Source: Octopus sinensis
Taxonomy: Eukaryota
DNA length: 64,000 nt
Assembly (NCBI RefSeq): GCF_006345805.1
Contig: NC_043006.1
Coordinates: 33,542,001 to 33,606,000 of the forward strand
Reading direction: 5' to 3'
Part shown: positions 52,025 through 64,000 of the stretch, in pieces
Numbering within the stretch: the first letter of the stretch is position 1
Layout of the letters: the number at the start of each line of letters is the position of its first letter
Made by a program: the position numbers and the translations under genes
Notes under the pieces: model-generated
The model's input: the letters and a program-made list of their open reading frames with translations, nothing else
What the model was told of the DNA's origin: nothing
Database searches by the model: none

Positions 52025-52679
52025 AGTGTGTCTGTCCCCCACTACTGCTTGACAACCGGTGTTGGTGTGTTTACGTCTGCATAACTCAGCTGTTTGGCAA
52101 ATGACCGATAGAATAAGTATCAGGTTCTTTAAAAAAGTAAATACTAGGGTTGCTTCATTCGATAAAAACTTCATCACGGCATTGCCCCAGCATAGCCGCA
52201 ATCTAACGACTGAAATAAGTAAAAGACGAATATATATATATACATACACATACATACAAATGTACACACACAAAACAAACGTAGATCATTCATATGACAT
52301 ATTAAAGTGTTAAAAAAAAAAAATACAAATTAAGGGAGATAACTTTTAACGAATTACAGGATTTCCTATTTTCGCACAATTTTATATATTTGTAAGGATT
52401 ATAATGATAAAGTATTCCAAGAGTTCACTCATCTTGGTTACACAACTGGGTCTAGTTGTATTAACCCCTAACCCCCACCTTCCAGGAAAGTTAACTACGC
52501 TGGGATCTGGACTGAGAATTTAGGACAAAACTAACTATTAGGGACCCCCTTTCTGATGTCAAAGGAAATTCCAGGGCAGCAGTAAGAGGTAACCCTTCCC
52601 CTGCAACTCACCTTGTACTCCTAGCTAAGGGGTTTTTCCACCTAACATTCTACTATCTTTGTCACTCAACAAGAATAAT

Positions 52680-53990
52680 GGTTTCAGATTTTAGCACAAG
52701 GCTAACAATTTCAGGGGAGGTGGGCAAGTTGATTAGACTGCCCCTTAGTGATCAAGTGGTAAACTAGTTTATTGACACTGAAAAAGATGAAAGGCAAAGC
52801 TGACACCTTGGCGACCTTTGAAGTCAGAACATAACGAGAGACGAAATGCTGCCAAGCATTTTGCCCAGCCTGCTACAACACCAGAGTAATAATAATTTCT
52901 TTGAAAGTTCAAGGCCAGTATTTGATTGGTGTTTTATTTCATTGACCCTGAAAGGACAAAAATTGACCTCAGCAGTATTTGAACTGAGAACATTCAGAGC
53001 CAAGAAAAATTCCACTTATCACTTTATCTGATGCTCTAATGATTCAGCCAAACATTCTGCTCAATATCACAGATTTCCTTGACCGTAACCAGTTGAGCAT
53101 GTCCCTTAGTGGCTGACGATATGTGTTGAGGGGAATTCTTTGGGTGTTTTGTTCAACATCCTTATTCGAGTGAGATGGGCTACTCGACCAGAAGAAAATT
53201 CTAATACTTGCAAGGTTATCTTGATATAAGATTACCACATTGCACGCATATGGTTGTGATTCATGTGCCTGGTGTACCCTTATCAGACTGGTAGTCACGA
53301 TGGGTCTATTTGTCTTCATTTGTACCCCAGTGTCACTTTGGTGGCATGCACTGCTCTTTCACTCCACAATAATAATAGTCTTTCTAATTGCAGTACAAAG
53401 CCAGCTATTTTGGACGGTAGGGGAAGTCAATCACATTGACCCCCAATGCAGAGCTGGTCCTTTATTTTATTGAGCCCAAAAAGATGAAAGACAAAAGTTG
53501 GCCTTGAAAGCATTTGACCCAGAACACAAAGAGGCAGAAGAAATGCCACTAAACATTTCATCCAACAATCTAATTATTCTTCCTGCTCGTTTGTAACATA
53601 TGCAAAAAGTTTGAAATTTTGGTGAGGTGAAGAATTGATCTGAGTACATAACAGGTACTTTATTTTATTGGCTCCGAATCGATGAAAGATAAAGTTGATC
53701 TTGGTAGGACTTGAACTCAGAGTGTAAAGAGCTGGAGCAAACACCACAAGGCACCTCTTTTGACTCTTTGCATTCGTAGACCAAATCCTGTTGACCTTCA
53801 GGCAGTTTGAACTAATTGTTTCTAATATAGGCGTAAAGCTTGAAAATTTGGATGAGAGGAACAGTTGATGCTGGCAACTCCAGGACTTTATCAGCCCAGA
53901 AGGGATTAAAATCAAAGATGAACTCGATGAGATTAAGGTTCAAGGCTAGCGATTTTGAGAGAAGGGGTTAATTGATACCATCAACCCCAG
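52680..53990 (-). mobile_element. Cluster of about five decayed family B SINE fragments
   Basis: Recurring gatgaaag..aaagttga..ttgaactcaga and aaggc..gcaattt...gggga.g motifs. Confidence 0.7.
53045..53375 (+). mobile_element. Unclassified retroposon 3' end (deleted copy)
   Basis: Shares attctgctcaata..ccagttgagcatgtcccttag...accccagtgtcacttt..tggcatgcactgc..aataat with 59440-59975. Confidence 0.7.
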
Positions 53991-56776
53991 TATTTCGTTG
54001 GTGTTTCATTTTAACAAACAGAGCTGCAACAAATACCACAATATTAATAATGGACAGCAAATTCCAAAAATACTTGTTTGTTTAGATATAGCTTCATTTA
54101 TAATTGCTGGATTAAGTGGCTTTGAATTAATCCTTACTGATAACAGGAATTTATCACTTAATTTTAGCAGGTCAAATGTCCATGGAGATGCTTTTCCATA
54201 GGCATTGTAGGAAATGGTGGTATTACTGTCTTTGGGTCGCTCCAAGCCATTCCAGATCTGCAGTGTAGTCCCTGTAATTAGAGGAACCCTAGCCAAAGTC
54301 TATTCTTTTCCTCGGATAGTATATCTTGAACTACATTGCTTAATGTAGCCTAAACTCTACCACCTATCCCTCCCTCCCTCTCTCCATCCATCCATCTTCT
54401 CTGCCCACACTATTTCTGAGAGGGTTACAGGGGTAGAATTCTCAGGCATCTCCTCCATTAGGTGCTATCAGAAGCAACTATCATTAGACTTTCTGGCAAG
54501 ATTCCCAAGCACGACCAACTGCACTATGGCTATTATCCAACCATCTTGTTCTTCATCTACTCCTCAGTCTTCTGCCAGTTGGTTATGCTTGAAGAATCCA
54601 ACATGTAATTCCTTCCTGTGACAATCTAATCCCATGACTATAATGACCAGTGCTGTGGCCTCTCAATATGGAGAAGTAGGGGCTCAACTTGGAGAGACCC
54701 CCTAATCTTTAAGCTTTGCACCATGTTGAGTAAAGTTACTTCAGAAATCTTTTGGAGGAACGCCATACCTAGAAAATATTCTTCTTGTTTTGAAGTGCAG
54801 AGTGCAGTTTGAGGAATCTATGGCTGCAGATTGAGATTTACATAGTGAATAGTTATGTAAATTTAAAGCTTGAATTAATGGAGTTTATTTATAATTCAGT
54901 TTTAAAATCAATGAATCACAATGGTTGTTATGGGTACCAAAAAGGTCAGGAGTTCAAACCCTGCTCTAGCAACCAATGTGTTAAGTAATCTATGAAGTCA
55001 CAAACAACTCTTGTAAGGTAAACAAGAATAACAAAAACTATATAAAAAAAAATAAAAAACAAAATCTAATAACAAATCAGAGAAAAGAAATTATACACCA
55101 GCGATATATCTACATGTGTGTATATCTCCCTATCCTCTATCCTCCTCCTCTCTCTCTATCTCTACATACACACACACACACACATCCATATATCTTCATT
55201 TCTTATCTCACGAGTAAAGCCAGCAACACCTCATCAACAATAAAATGTAACAGTAAAGAATGCAATAACAGTGTTATTATCAAACCCTCGTTCAACCTTT
55301 ATTGAGATAATTCCTTCTCATTCCTAGACTAATATTTACAAATGTCTCGCAATAAATAAAAGGCCAGTGAATTGGCAGAATGGTTAGAGACTCAGAGAAA
55401 TTGCTTTGAAGTATTGATTCCATTTCTCAGTTCAAATTTCACTCAGACCAAGTTTGTCTTTTATCCTTTCTGGACTCTCAAGCCCCAAGACTCATAGAAC
55501 CAGTTACCCAGTTTCCACGACCGAGATCACAAGATTTTTCTCTCCTCGAACAAGATGTCAGTTTACAGTTGAAGTTTACAAAATGAAGTATTTTGATCAA
55601 GAAAACAATGCCTTGCCTAGTTCAGGAAGTGAAACCATGACCTTGCACTTGGGAGTGTAACACCCTGACTACTAAGCAATGTACCTCAGTGTATCTTTTA
55701 TTCTTTGGAGATTGATGAAATAAAGAACCAGTCAAGTACTGCGGTTGATTTAATCAGCTTTCATCATCATCATCATTTAACGTCCATTGTCCATGCTGGC
55801 ATGGGTTGGACGGTTTGACCAGGGCTGGCACACTGGAAGGCTGAGCCAGACTCCAGTATGATTTGGAATGGTTTTCTACAGCTGAATGCCCTTCCGAACA
55901 CCAACCACTCCAAGAGTGTAATGGGGGCTATTATGTGCCACCAGCACAGGTGCCATCTGTATAACACCAGTATCTGCCACGACTGCGATTTTGCTCAGCT
56001 TGATGGCTCTTCTTCTCAAGCACAACATATTTCATATCAACATACAATGAACGATCATGGCACAGTACACCTTAATATTCAACAAACCTTGGGGCTCAAA
56101 CAGTATACATACATACATACATACATACAACAGGTGAGATGGGGGGCGGTAATACAGATTATCAATCCCAGAAGGATGAAAGGCAGAATGTAAGGAGCCA
56201 AAACAGATACTCCAAGGTATTTTCTCTGGTGCTTCAATGACTGCCAGCTTATTGCCCTGTGTGTGTGTGTGTGTGTGTGTGTACCTTGCCTTGAAGAGTT
56301 TAGTCAAACAAATCAACCCCGGTACTTAGTTTATAAGCCTGGTACCTATTCTATTGCTCTTTTTTTGTCAAACTGCTAAGTTATGAACACACACACACAT
56401 ATAGTAGAAAGAATTAATAAGCAGTAAACAGGTGTGATATTCAAAATTTTATAGGACACACATACATTTCAGTAAAATTCTGAAATATTACATAACAAGC
56501 AAAGACATTATGCAATCATACATTTCACTTTATCAACGTCCTGACACAAATACACACACATGATGGCCTTCCATACAGCTTCTATCAACCAAGTTCATTC
56601 AGAAGACATTGATCAACCTGGGGCTATAGAAAATGGCACTTGCCTAAGATACTGCACTATGGGACTGAAGTTGAATCCATAGAATTGCAAAGCGAGTTTC
56701 TAAACCGTGCAGCCACGCCTGCACCTATGTAGAACTATTTCATAACTTGAAAGCACAAATGTCTCCTGTCACTTAC

Positions 56777-56848
56777 TCCCCAAAACATGTACTGAATCAA
56801 GCAGTGGTTCATTGGAATCCTCTTTGAGCTCAAATATCCAATGGATCC
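56777..56848 (-). other. Candidate 72-nt exon
   Basis: Donor GGA|gtaagt, T-rich acceptor ...gaacaag; two frames open (GSIGYLSSKRIPMNHCLIQYMFWG or IHWIFELKEDSNEPLLDSVHVLG). Confidence 0.35.
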
Positions 56849-57374
56849 CTTGTTCACAAATGCAAAAATGAAAATAAATAAATAAATAAATTTTTAATGA
56901 TTACAGTGTCCGCAGACAGGGTAGATAACTCTTGATGGTTCAGTATATGGCCAACAGCAGAAATAATTTTTGATTTTTAAAAAGATTATACTAAAAAGCA
57001 AAACAAATAACACACTCCAAAAATGCATAGGGATAAAATATGTGGTGTCTCCTAGTGGACAGTTAATACAAGAGAGATAATCATTTCTTCATAATGTTTG
57101 GTGGGATCTGAAGTTTGAATTTGAATTTAAGAAATAAGGAAAAGATGTAAAAAGCACATATCGCGATACACAGATATTGTTTTGAGCTGAGTGGGGGTAC
57201 TTGATTCCCTCGTTCGAAAATATAAGGACACAGATCATGTCGTATAGCCAGCTGGAGACGATGTCCCCTGGGGCTAAATTACAGCAACATTCGTCCTAAA
57301 CCAGGACTGCCATGTTATGTTGGCAAACAATCTTTACTACACATATTTCTTTTATATATTATTTAGCTGCTTAC

Positions 57375-57915
57375 TTATTACAGGTGTTACAGCTGATACT
57401 TGAGTTAGATGAGACAATGGTGGACTCACTAGACAAGGGAGTTTGGTGCTGCCAATATCTGAGTAGAAGGACAAAGGTACAGGTCTTCAGGTCTCAAGAC
57501 TTGGACACTCACCGGGGTCCTAAAGAGTTGCCTGAACTCCTTTGGTACCAGAAAACTTTGCAGGATTATGGGTTACCATTGCTTGGAATTTTATATCCAA
57601 CTAATGACAACTCTCAGAAACTGGAATGCATTCTGTTGCTTGTATGATTAGGGAGCATCAGCTCAGTCTGTTTGTGCATGTTGCTCAATTTCCTGAGCAG
57701 GGTCCTGTGTACCATATTCTCATGTCTGAGAATCTGGTTGTGGTGACAGCTCATGCTGACCAGCTACATGCCCCATGGTCCCAGCAAATTAGGAAATATC
57801 TTATAGAGATGGGGATTGACTGGGAAACTGCTCAGAGGGTTGCCTGGTAGGACCCAAGCAAATACCAACAAATTGTAAATGCAGCATCATGCCCTTGATA
57901 CCTGACCTGGCTTAC
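57375..57915 (+). mobile_element. RTE-clade LINE, 3' end of ORF (decayed)
   Basis: LSRRTKVQVFRS and CMIREHQLSLFVHVAQ.P..PVYHIL resemble the RTE C-terminal RTK..VF / R.RQLR..GHVAR motifs. Confidence 0.8.
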
Positions 57916-58240
57916 TTATTATGAAGTTCCTGAAATTTATAGTCAACAAAAATCAAAATACTTGTGCTTGAAGAATAAAGGGAGTTTCCTATAAACCGTG
58001 AACAAATGGGAGCTGGAATCATATTGGTAGAATAGAAACAAGTTTGTCGTATATCCAATAAGACCAAAGTTTTAACTGATTTCTCTACAACTCAACATCT
58101 CTTTGCAAATCTTCTACAATCATCAACCACGTTCCATCAATGTTAAAGCTTACTTCTTACAGTTTTATAGAATCAGTAAGCTCATTACTTAGTGCCATAT
58201 TCAGAGAAATAAGGATATACTGAGAGAAAATAATGAATAC

Positions 58241-58277
<37 letters not shown>

Positions 58278-58301
58278 AGAGAGAGAGAGAGAGAGAGGAG
58301 C

Positions 58302-58360
<59 letters not shown>

Positions 58361-58487
58361 TTTTGAAAAGTGAAGATAAGATTAAAAAAAGAGTAAAACA
58401 AGAGACTTACAGTTAATTAAAAATAATTTCTGGAAAATAGATTAGACTAATTAAGAATATAAAATGATAACAAAAACCACAACTTAC

Positions 58488-58533
58488 CTTTTGTGTTTGA
58501 AACTGATGTGCATACTGGGGGACTGAGACTCCT
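58488..58533 (-). other. Candidate 46-nt exon
   Basis: Strong acceptor ctttttttttctttcacttttgacag, donor AAG|gtaagt; all three frames open. Confidence 0.45.
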
Positions 58534-58769
58534 CTGTCAAAAGTGAAAGAAAAAAAAAAGGTTAAATATACATATAAGAAATTTGAAGCTTAAAATAATG
58601 TCTGTAATGATCTATTGTTGTTATTATTATTATTATTGTTGTTGTTGTTGTTGTAGTTGTTGGCATGCATGAGTGTTTTACAATCAGAATCAATGTTCTT
58701 GACACCAGGTCACAACCAGTTTCCTTAGATATCAAGGACCTTTCTAACAATTATCATCATCATCATCAA

Positions 58770-58980
58770 GGTGGCAAGCTGGCAGAATTGTTAGCATGCC
58801 GGGTGAAATGCAAAGCAGAATTTTGTCTGTCGCCACGTTCTGAGTTCAAATGCCGCCAGGGTGGACTTTGCCTTTCATCCTTTCGGGGTTGATTAAATAA
58901 GTACCAGTTATGCACTGGAGTCAATGTAAACCCTATCCCTTCCCCCAAATTTGAGGCCTTGTGCTTCCAGTAGAAAGAAT
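58770..58980 (+). mobile_element. SINE family B (tail 2)
   Basis: ggtggcaagctggcagaattgttagc head to gccttgtgcttccagtagaaagaat tail. Confidence 0.85.
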
Positions 58981-59439
58981 TATAATAATAATAATAATTA
59001 TTATTATCATTATTATTATTATTATTACATTTTTACCATAGTATTTCATGTTTTATTTGTAATTCTATTTTCCCTCTGCAACTTTTGTTTATCATTTCTG
59101 AAATCTGAATAAATTTTACCTCTTTTCAAACATTTGATGACGAAATGCATAGAAGCGGGAAGAGGTGGGGACCCAATTTATCTGACAACCCAATATTAAG
59201 TGTATGTGATGATGGTGGTGGTGGTGGAATCAATTTAATTGATTTTACTTGTTACCAGAAAGCTTATTGGTTTCATGCCTAAACCCCCAAAATTGATATT
59301 TCAATATTTTAAGATAGACTGAAAACATTGAGGAAATTTTGTTGATATTAATTTCTTCAGAATAGTTACAAGGGAAATGCTGAAGGGAAATGCATAGAGT
59401 CCACTGATTCAGCCATGTCTTGGCACATTACAGATATAT

Positions 59440-59975
59440 ATTTAACAACACTTTGATTGTCCTGATGCAGTACCAGGCACTGGCTCTCATGGCTGCTGAT
59501 CTTAACTGATTGGATGTGTTATCATGTACATGTTTTTACTTGGTATAAAAGATGGGCTACAGCAAATATTCTGCTCAATACCACAGATTTGCTTGTCAGT
59601 TGTTTGACCGTAACCAGTTGAGCATGTCCCTTAGCGGCAGATGATATGAGCATCTCTGATCACAAGCAGAAGTAGTTGGGGAGTATCACAGCCATGTGTT
59701 GAGGGGAATTCTTTGGGGTTTGGATAATTCACCTTTGGAAACATAGGTGTTTCATGCAACAACCTTAAACAACCCTTATTCAGGGACCTTTTGAGCAGGA
59801 TGGGCTACTTGACCTCAAGAAAATTGTAACTGGGCCTCACCTGCAAGGTCATGCATGTGCCTAGTGTACCCTTATCAGACGGGTAGTCATGATGGGTATA
59901 CTGGGCTTCGTATATTTTACCCCAGTGTCACTTTGATGGCATGCACTGCCTTCTCACTCAATAATAACAAAAACA
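59440..59975 (+). mobile_element. Unclassified retroposon 3' end with (AAT/AAC)n tail
   Basis: Longer homologue of 53045-53375. Confidence 0.7.
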
Positions 59976-61365
59976 ACAACAACAATAGTAATATCAACAA
60001 CAACAACAACAGCAATAATAATAATGATGATTTGTAGCATGAATCAAAACATGTCTATCACTATTTATATGATTCAATATATTAAGGTCAAGTTATTTTA
60101 ATGTTGTTAATTGATAAAATTATATAAAGCTCATTCACAGTTAGAAATGGTTAGGCAGTAATTTATACTGCTTCATTAATGTAAGCATACAACATTGAAA
60201 GTATTTGAGAAAATACATACCCCTCCTGTTAGGATTAAATATATAGAAATATATTATATACACCCATACACCACACACGCACACACACACAAATTGACAA
60301 TACAGAAAATGGAAAAAAAGAAAAACAAACAAAAATTAACCTGGAGACATTGATTGATATTTTTTTTTCTTAAGTTAATTGTGACAATATTTCAAACATA
60401 AAACTGCCAAAATTTCAATTAATTTGGAAGACAATCATGAATTACGAAAACAATTTGAAAGGTTTAGTATAATAGGTACCATATATGATGGCAATATAAG
60501 ACACACTATTTTCCTCACAAAAAAAAATGAATAAAATAAAATAAAAAGCTAAAAATCACTCAGTTTGTATATATGAAGTTGGGTCTCCCATAAGCTTCTT
60601 TCTTTCTTTCTTTTTTTTTTGCATGTTTTATCACTGTAATCACACAGAACATTTTTTTCTTTTGCTGTGCTGCTTACTTTTTACATACAGTAATGTTTTC
60701 TGCTATAGCTAGAGTACTTTTTTAATGTTTTATAATCTACTAGTAGATTGCTTCAAATGTTACAAGTTTTAATATCCTAAAAGCATTTTTTCCTTGAATA
60801 TGTATAGCTGAAATTTGGGAACATCTAATATGCTTGTTGGTCTTTTATGCCATCAAATACAGTAACACCTTTTTCATTTACCTGTATATCAAACAGGTGT
60901 TTAGATCATAAATTTAACAGAATGTTTTTATATAAAATCAAGATGGGTGGTTTTAATTTCAATATGGATTCAAAACAAGCAGTTTTGTGTTGAAGAACCA
61001 GAGGTGAACTCGTGCAGATTGATTTGAAAATGGTTAAGAAAAGACTATCAACCGTGACAAAATAGATGAGTGTGAAATACGGTTTTGGTATTAGATATTG
61101 TTCCAGTAATTTCTGAAAACTGAAGCAAAATATTTTAAAGACAGGTCAGTGGATTTATATTCTTAGAAACTGACTAGCTATGACACATATTATGTACACA
61201 TGGATGGACACACATAACATATACAGATATACACATGTATGATTCTGAAATGTTTGGTCCAGAGATACAGTCATTATTGCGTAGGAAAATGAGATCATAA
61301 AAAAATTAACACAGAAAGAGATATTTTAATACAATTTTTAATTAATAAGAAAATAAGCATTAAAG

Positions 61366-61426
<61 letters not shown>

Positions 61427-62231
61427 CATACTAATGAAATGTATGTAAATATGCATATATACATACATACATTTATGCATGTATATATGTATGTGTGTCT
61501 GTGCATGTGTGTGTATGTATATAATTGTTGAATGATACTGTTAAAAATGCAAAACAAACAAAAAAAAAAGGATAAAACTACAATTAAAAGCTGTGTTCAT
61601 AACACAGCAACAGAGTAGATATATTTATCTGAAAAAAAAAAAATTATTAGTTTAAGAAGACAACAAAACTAGTTTTGTTTCCTTCTCTGTTGAACTTGTT
61701 CAAGAGACAACTAGTCTAGCAATGAAAGAAATGAAATTAGTTTTCATATACAGTATTCTAACATGATCGCAGCTGTATGGCTGAAACGAATAAAACGAAT
61801 AATATATTTATATACATGCATATATACACTTATATAAGCAAACAAGTTCAGGCTGATAAAGAAATGCGAAGGGAGGCAACTTTGCTTCCTTTTCATAAAC
61901 TTGCTGTTTCAAAAATTTTGCTTCTGGAAACAGATTTTAATTCACTGGACACCCTTAAACAGACACTTCAAAATTTCATAATAAGTGGAACTTTTAAGAT
62001 TAAGAAAAAAAAATCATTTTTACTGAAATAGAGACATTAATTAGTTGGAATTATTTATCATAATTAATATTATTTTATTCAAAATGTAATAAATTTCTCT
62101 GGAAAGCTGCAAAAAAGCATTAAAAGAAAGAAATGAAATATAAACAGAAAGAAAAATTAAATTATCTATCCATTAAAAAGTAAAAGAAAATGATTAATTT
62201 CTGATGAATTTTTTTAGGAGGTAAAAATATT

Positions 62232-62490
62232 ACAGTTCTATATTTAAGAGATGAGGAATTGTGTACATTATTTACATTTGACGGATATTTGTCCTCATCT
62301 CATTTGTTGCTAACACAATGTTTTGGCTGATATACCCTCCAGCCTTCATCAGGTGTCCTGGGGGTAATTTCGAACCTGGGTTCTCATTCCTAAGCTATTT
62401 TTTGATGTTATTATTATTATAATTTCTATTCAGGTCACTGCTTGGAATCGAACTCGGAATCTTGTGATTAGTAGCCCACCACTATGCCAT
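62232..62490 (-). mobile_element. tRNA-headed SINE-like element with a hammerhead-like 3' module
   Basis: A box TGGCATAGTGG (62489-62479), B box GAGTTCGATTCC (62456-62445), (AAT)n linker, HHR fold at 62357-62312. Confidence 0.65.
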
Positions 62491-62494
62491 ATCA

Positions 62495-63810
62495 ATTCAA
62501 AGAAATGCTTAGCAGCAATTCTTCTGACATGTTCTGAGTTCAAATGTCACTGGGTCAACTTTGCCGTTCATCCTTTTTTTGGGGGGTGGAGTTCAATAAA
62601 ATAAGGACCAGTCAAATCCACTTACCCCACCTCCTCCCTCGAAATTGCTGGCCTTGTGTCAAAATGTGAAACCATTATTTAGAATTATTAGCAAACTGGA
62701 CAAAATGCTTAGTGGCAGTGGGTTTGTCGTTATGTTCTGAGTTCAAATCCTGCTGAGGTTGACTTTTCCCTTTCATCCTTTTGGAATTGATAAATGAAAT
62801 TAAGCATTGGGGTTGATGTAATCGACAAGCCCCCAGCCCAACAAAATTTCAGGTCTTGTGCCTATAGTAGAAAGAATTATCATCATCATCATTATCACCA
62901 CCACCATATTCATCATCATCATCATTAAAGGGGTGAGCTGGCAGAATGGTTAACATACCAGGCAAAATGCTTCATGGCATTTTGTCAATCTTTACATTCT
63001 GCGTTCAAATCCCAACAAGGCTGATTTTGCTTTTCTTCGTTTTGGGGTCAATAAATTAAGTATCAATGAGCCCCATCACCCAAAATTTCAGGCCTTATAT
63101 CCAAATTTGAAATCAACATTATTATTTATTTCAGATACTAAAATCCCTTTATAATGGCATCAATAATTTATAGATCATCTGTAAATATTGATTAGTTGTT
63201 TGGAAAATAGGTATATGATGATGATGGTGATGGTGATGAATGATCATTGTTGACCAGGGCTATACAATAAAATCAACTAAAGAGGGAGGAAAGGCCATGA
63301 TTTTGAACTCAGAATGAAGAGGGTCAGAGCTAAATACTTACAGAAATGTTGAAGAGTATAATGTTGTGTGATATGGAAGAGTTGAATTCTTTGTAGTGAA
63401 AAAGCTACCTGTGATGGACCAGCATCATATTGAGAAGGAGATCCATCTCTTACCGACAAAATGCTATGGAAACTGGGATGAAGATAAAATCCGAATTTCC
63501 TTGCAACGGAAAATTGATGCTGAGCTTTTTCTGATCTCATTAACACAGCTACATGCTCACAGACGTTCTCTCTTAGACACAAACAATTCTAGACAAACAA
63601 AATAAATAACTAATAACCCTTTCTTATTTTGACACAAGGCCAGCAATTCGGGGAGTGGGGGAGAAAGTTGATTACCTCAAAACTGGTCCTTCTTTTAGAA
63701 ACCCTGAAAGGATGAAAAGCAAAGTCAACTTTGGTGGAATTTGAACTCAGAACTTAAAGGCAGACCAAATGCTTAGCAGCATCTTGTCCAACAAGTTAAT
63801 GAGTCAGCCA
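62495..63810. mobile_element. Family B SINE cluster (three plus-strand copies to about 63110, one minus-strand copy at 63625-63810)
   Basis: Repeated gttctgagttcaaat...ctttcatcc...gggtcaat cores. Confidence 0.75.
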
Positions 63811-64000
63811 GCTCATTAGGTTAAATAAACTACTAAGAATACAAACAAATAAGCAGAAAAGAGTGAAAGAAACAAACAGTAAGACTATCACCCGCACACA
63901 CACACACTTGTGCACACACACGCACATGTGCACACACCTACACACCAGCACACACACGCATACGTGCACACACAGACACATATATACACACACACACGTT

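Noticed and set aside
54006-54900. Complex unique-looking sequence as an exon or LINE ORF1
   Set aside because: No diagnostic motif; stops in the frames examined
63277-63605. Overlapping plus and minus ORFs as a transposase remnant
   Set aside because: No DDE or zinc-finger motif recognisable

Overview
AT-rich, repeat-dominated animal genomic DNA. The SINE families and very high (TA)n/(CA)n/(GA)n microsatellite density match my recollection of Octopus (coleoid cephalopod) genomes; this is recognition, not a database result. No complete or identifiable protein-coding gene, rRNA, intact tRNA or CRISPR array is supported, and nearly all long ORFs in the track are microsatellite translations. 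Contents: many copies of about five tRNA-derived or LINE-tail SINE families (my labels A-E), decayed non-LTR retrotransposon fragments (L1/Tx1, CR1/L2, RTE and two older RT remnants), several MITEs (hAT-like, piggyBac-like, and one with an 8-bp TSD), local tandem duplications and a few short candidate exons. The most notable signals are: (1) several hammerhead-ribozyme (HHR) motifs, two with intact catalytic cores, and one CpG-decayed motif fused behind a tRNA-type Pol III head; (2) a sharp CpG-decay boundary near 25 kb, readable from homologous SINE copies; (3) an inverted pair of near-identical full-length SINEs bracketing a consensus-splice-site micro-exon. Repeat end coordinates are approximate (about +/-20 nt) unless a TIR or TSD is quoted.
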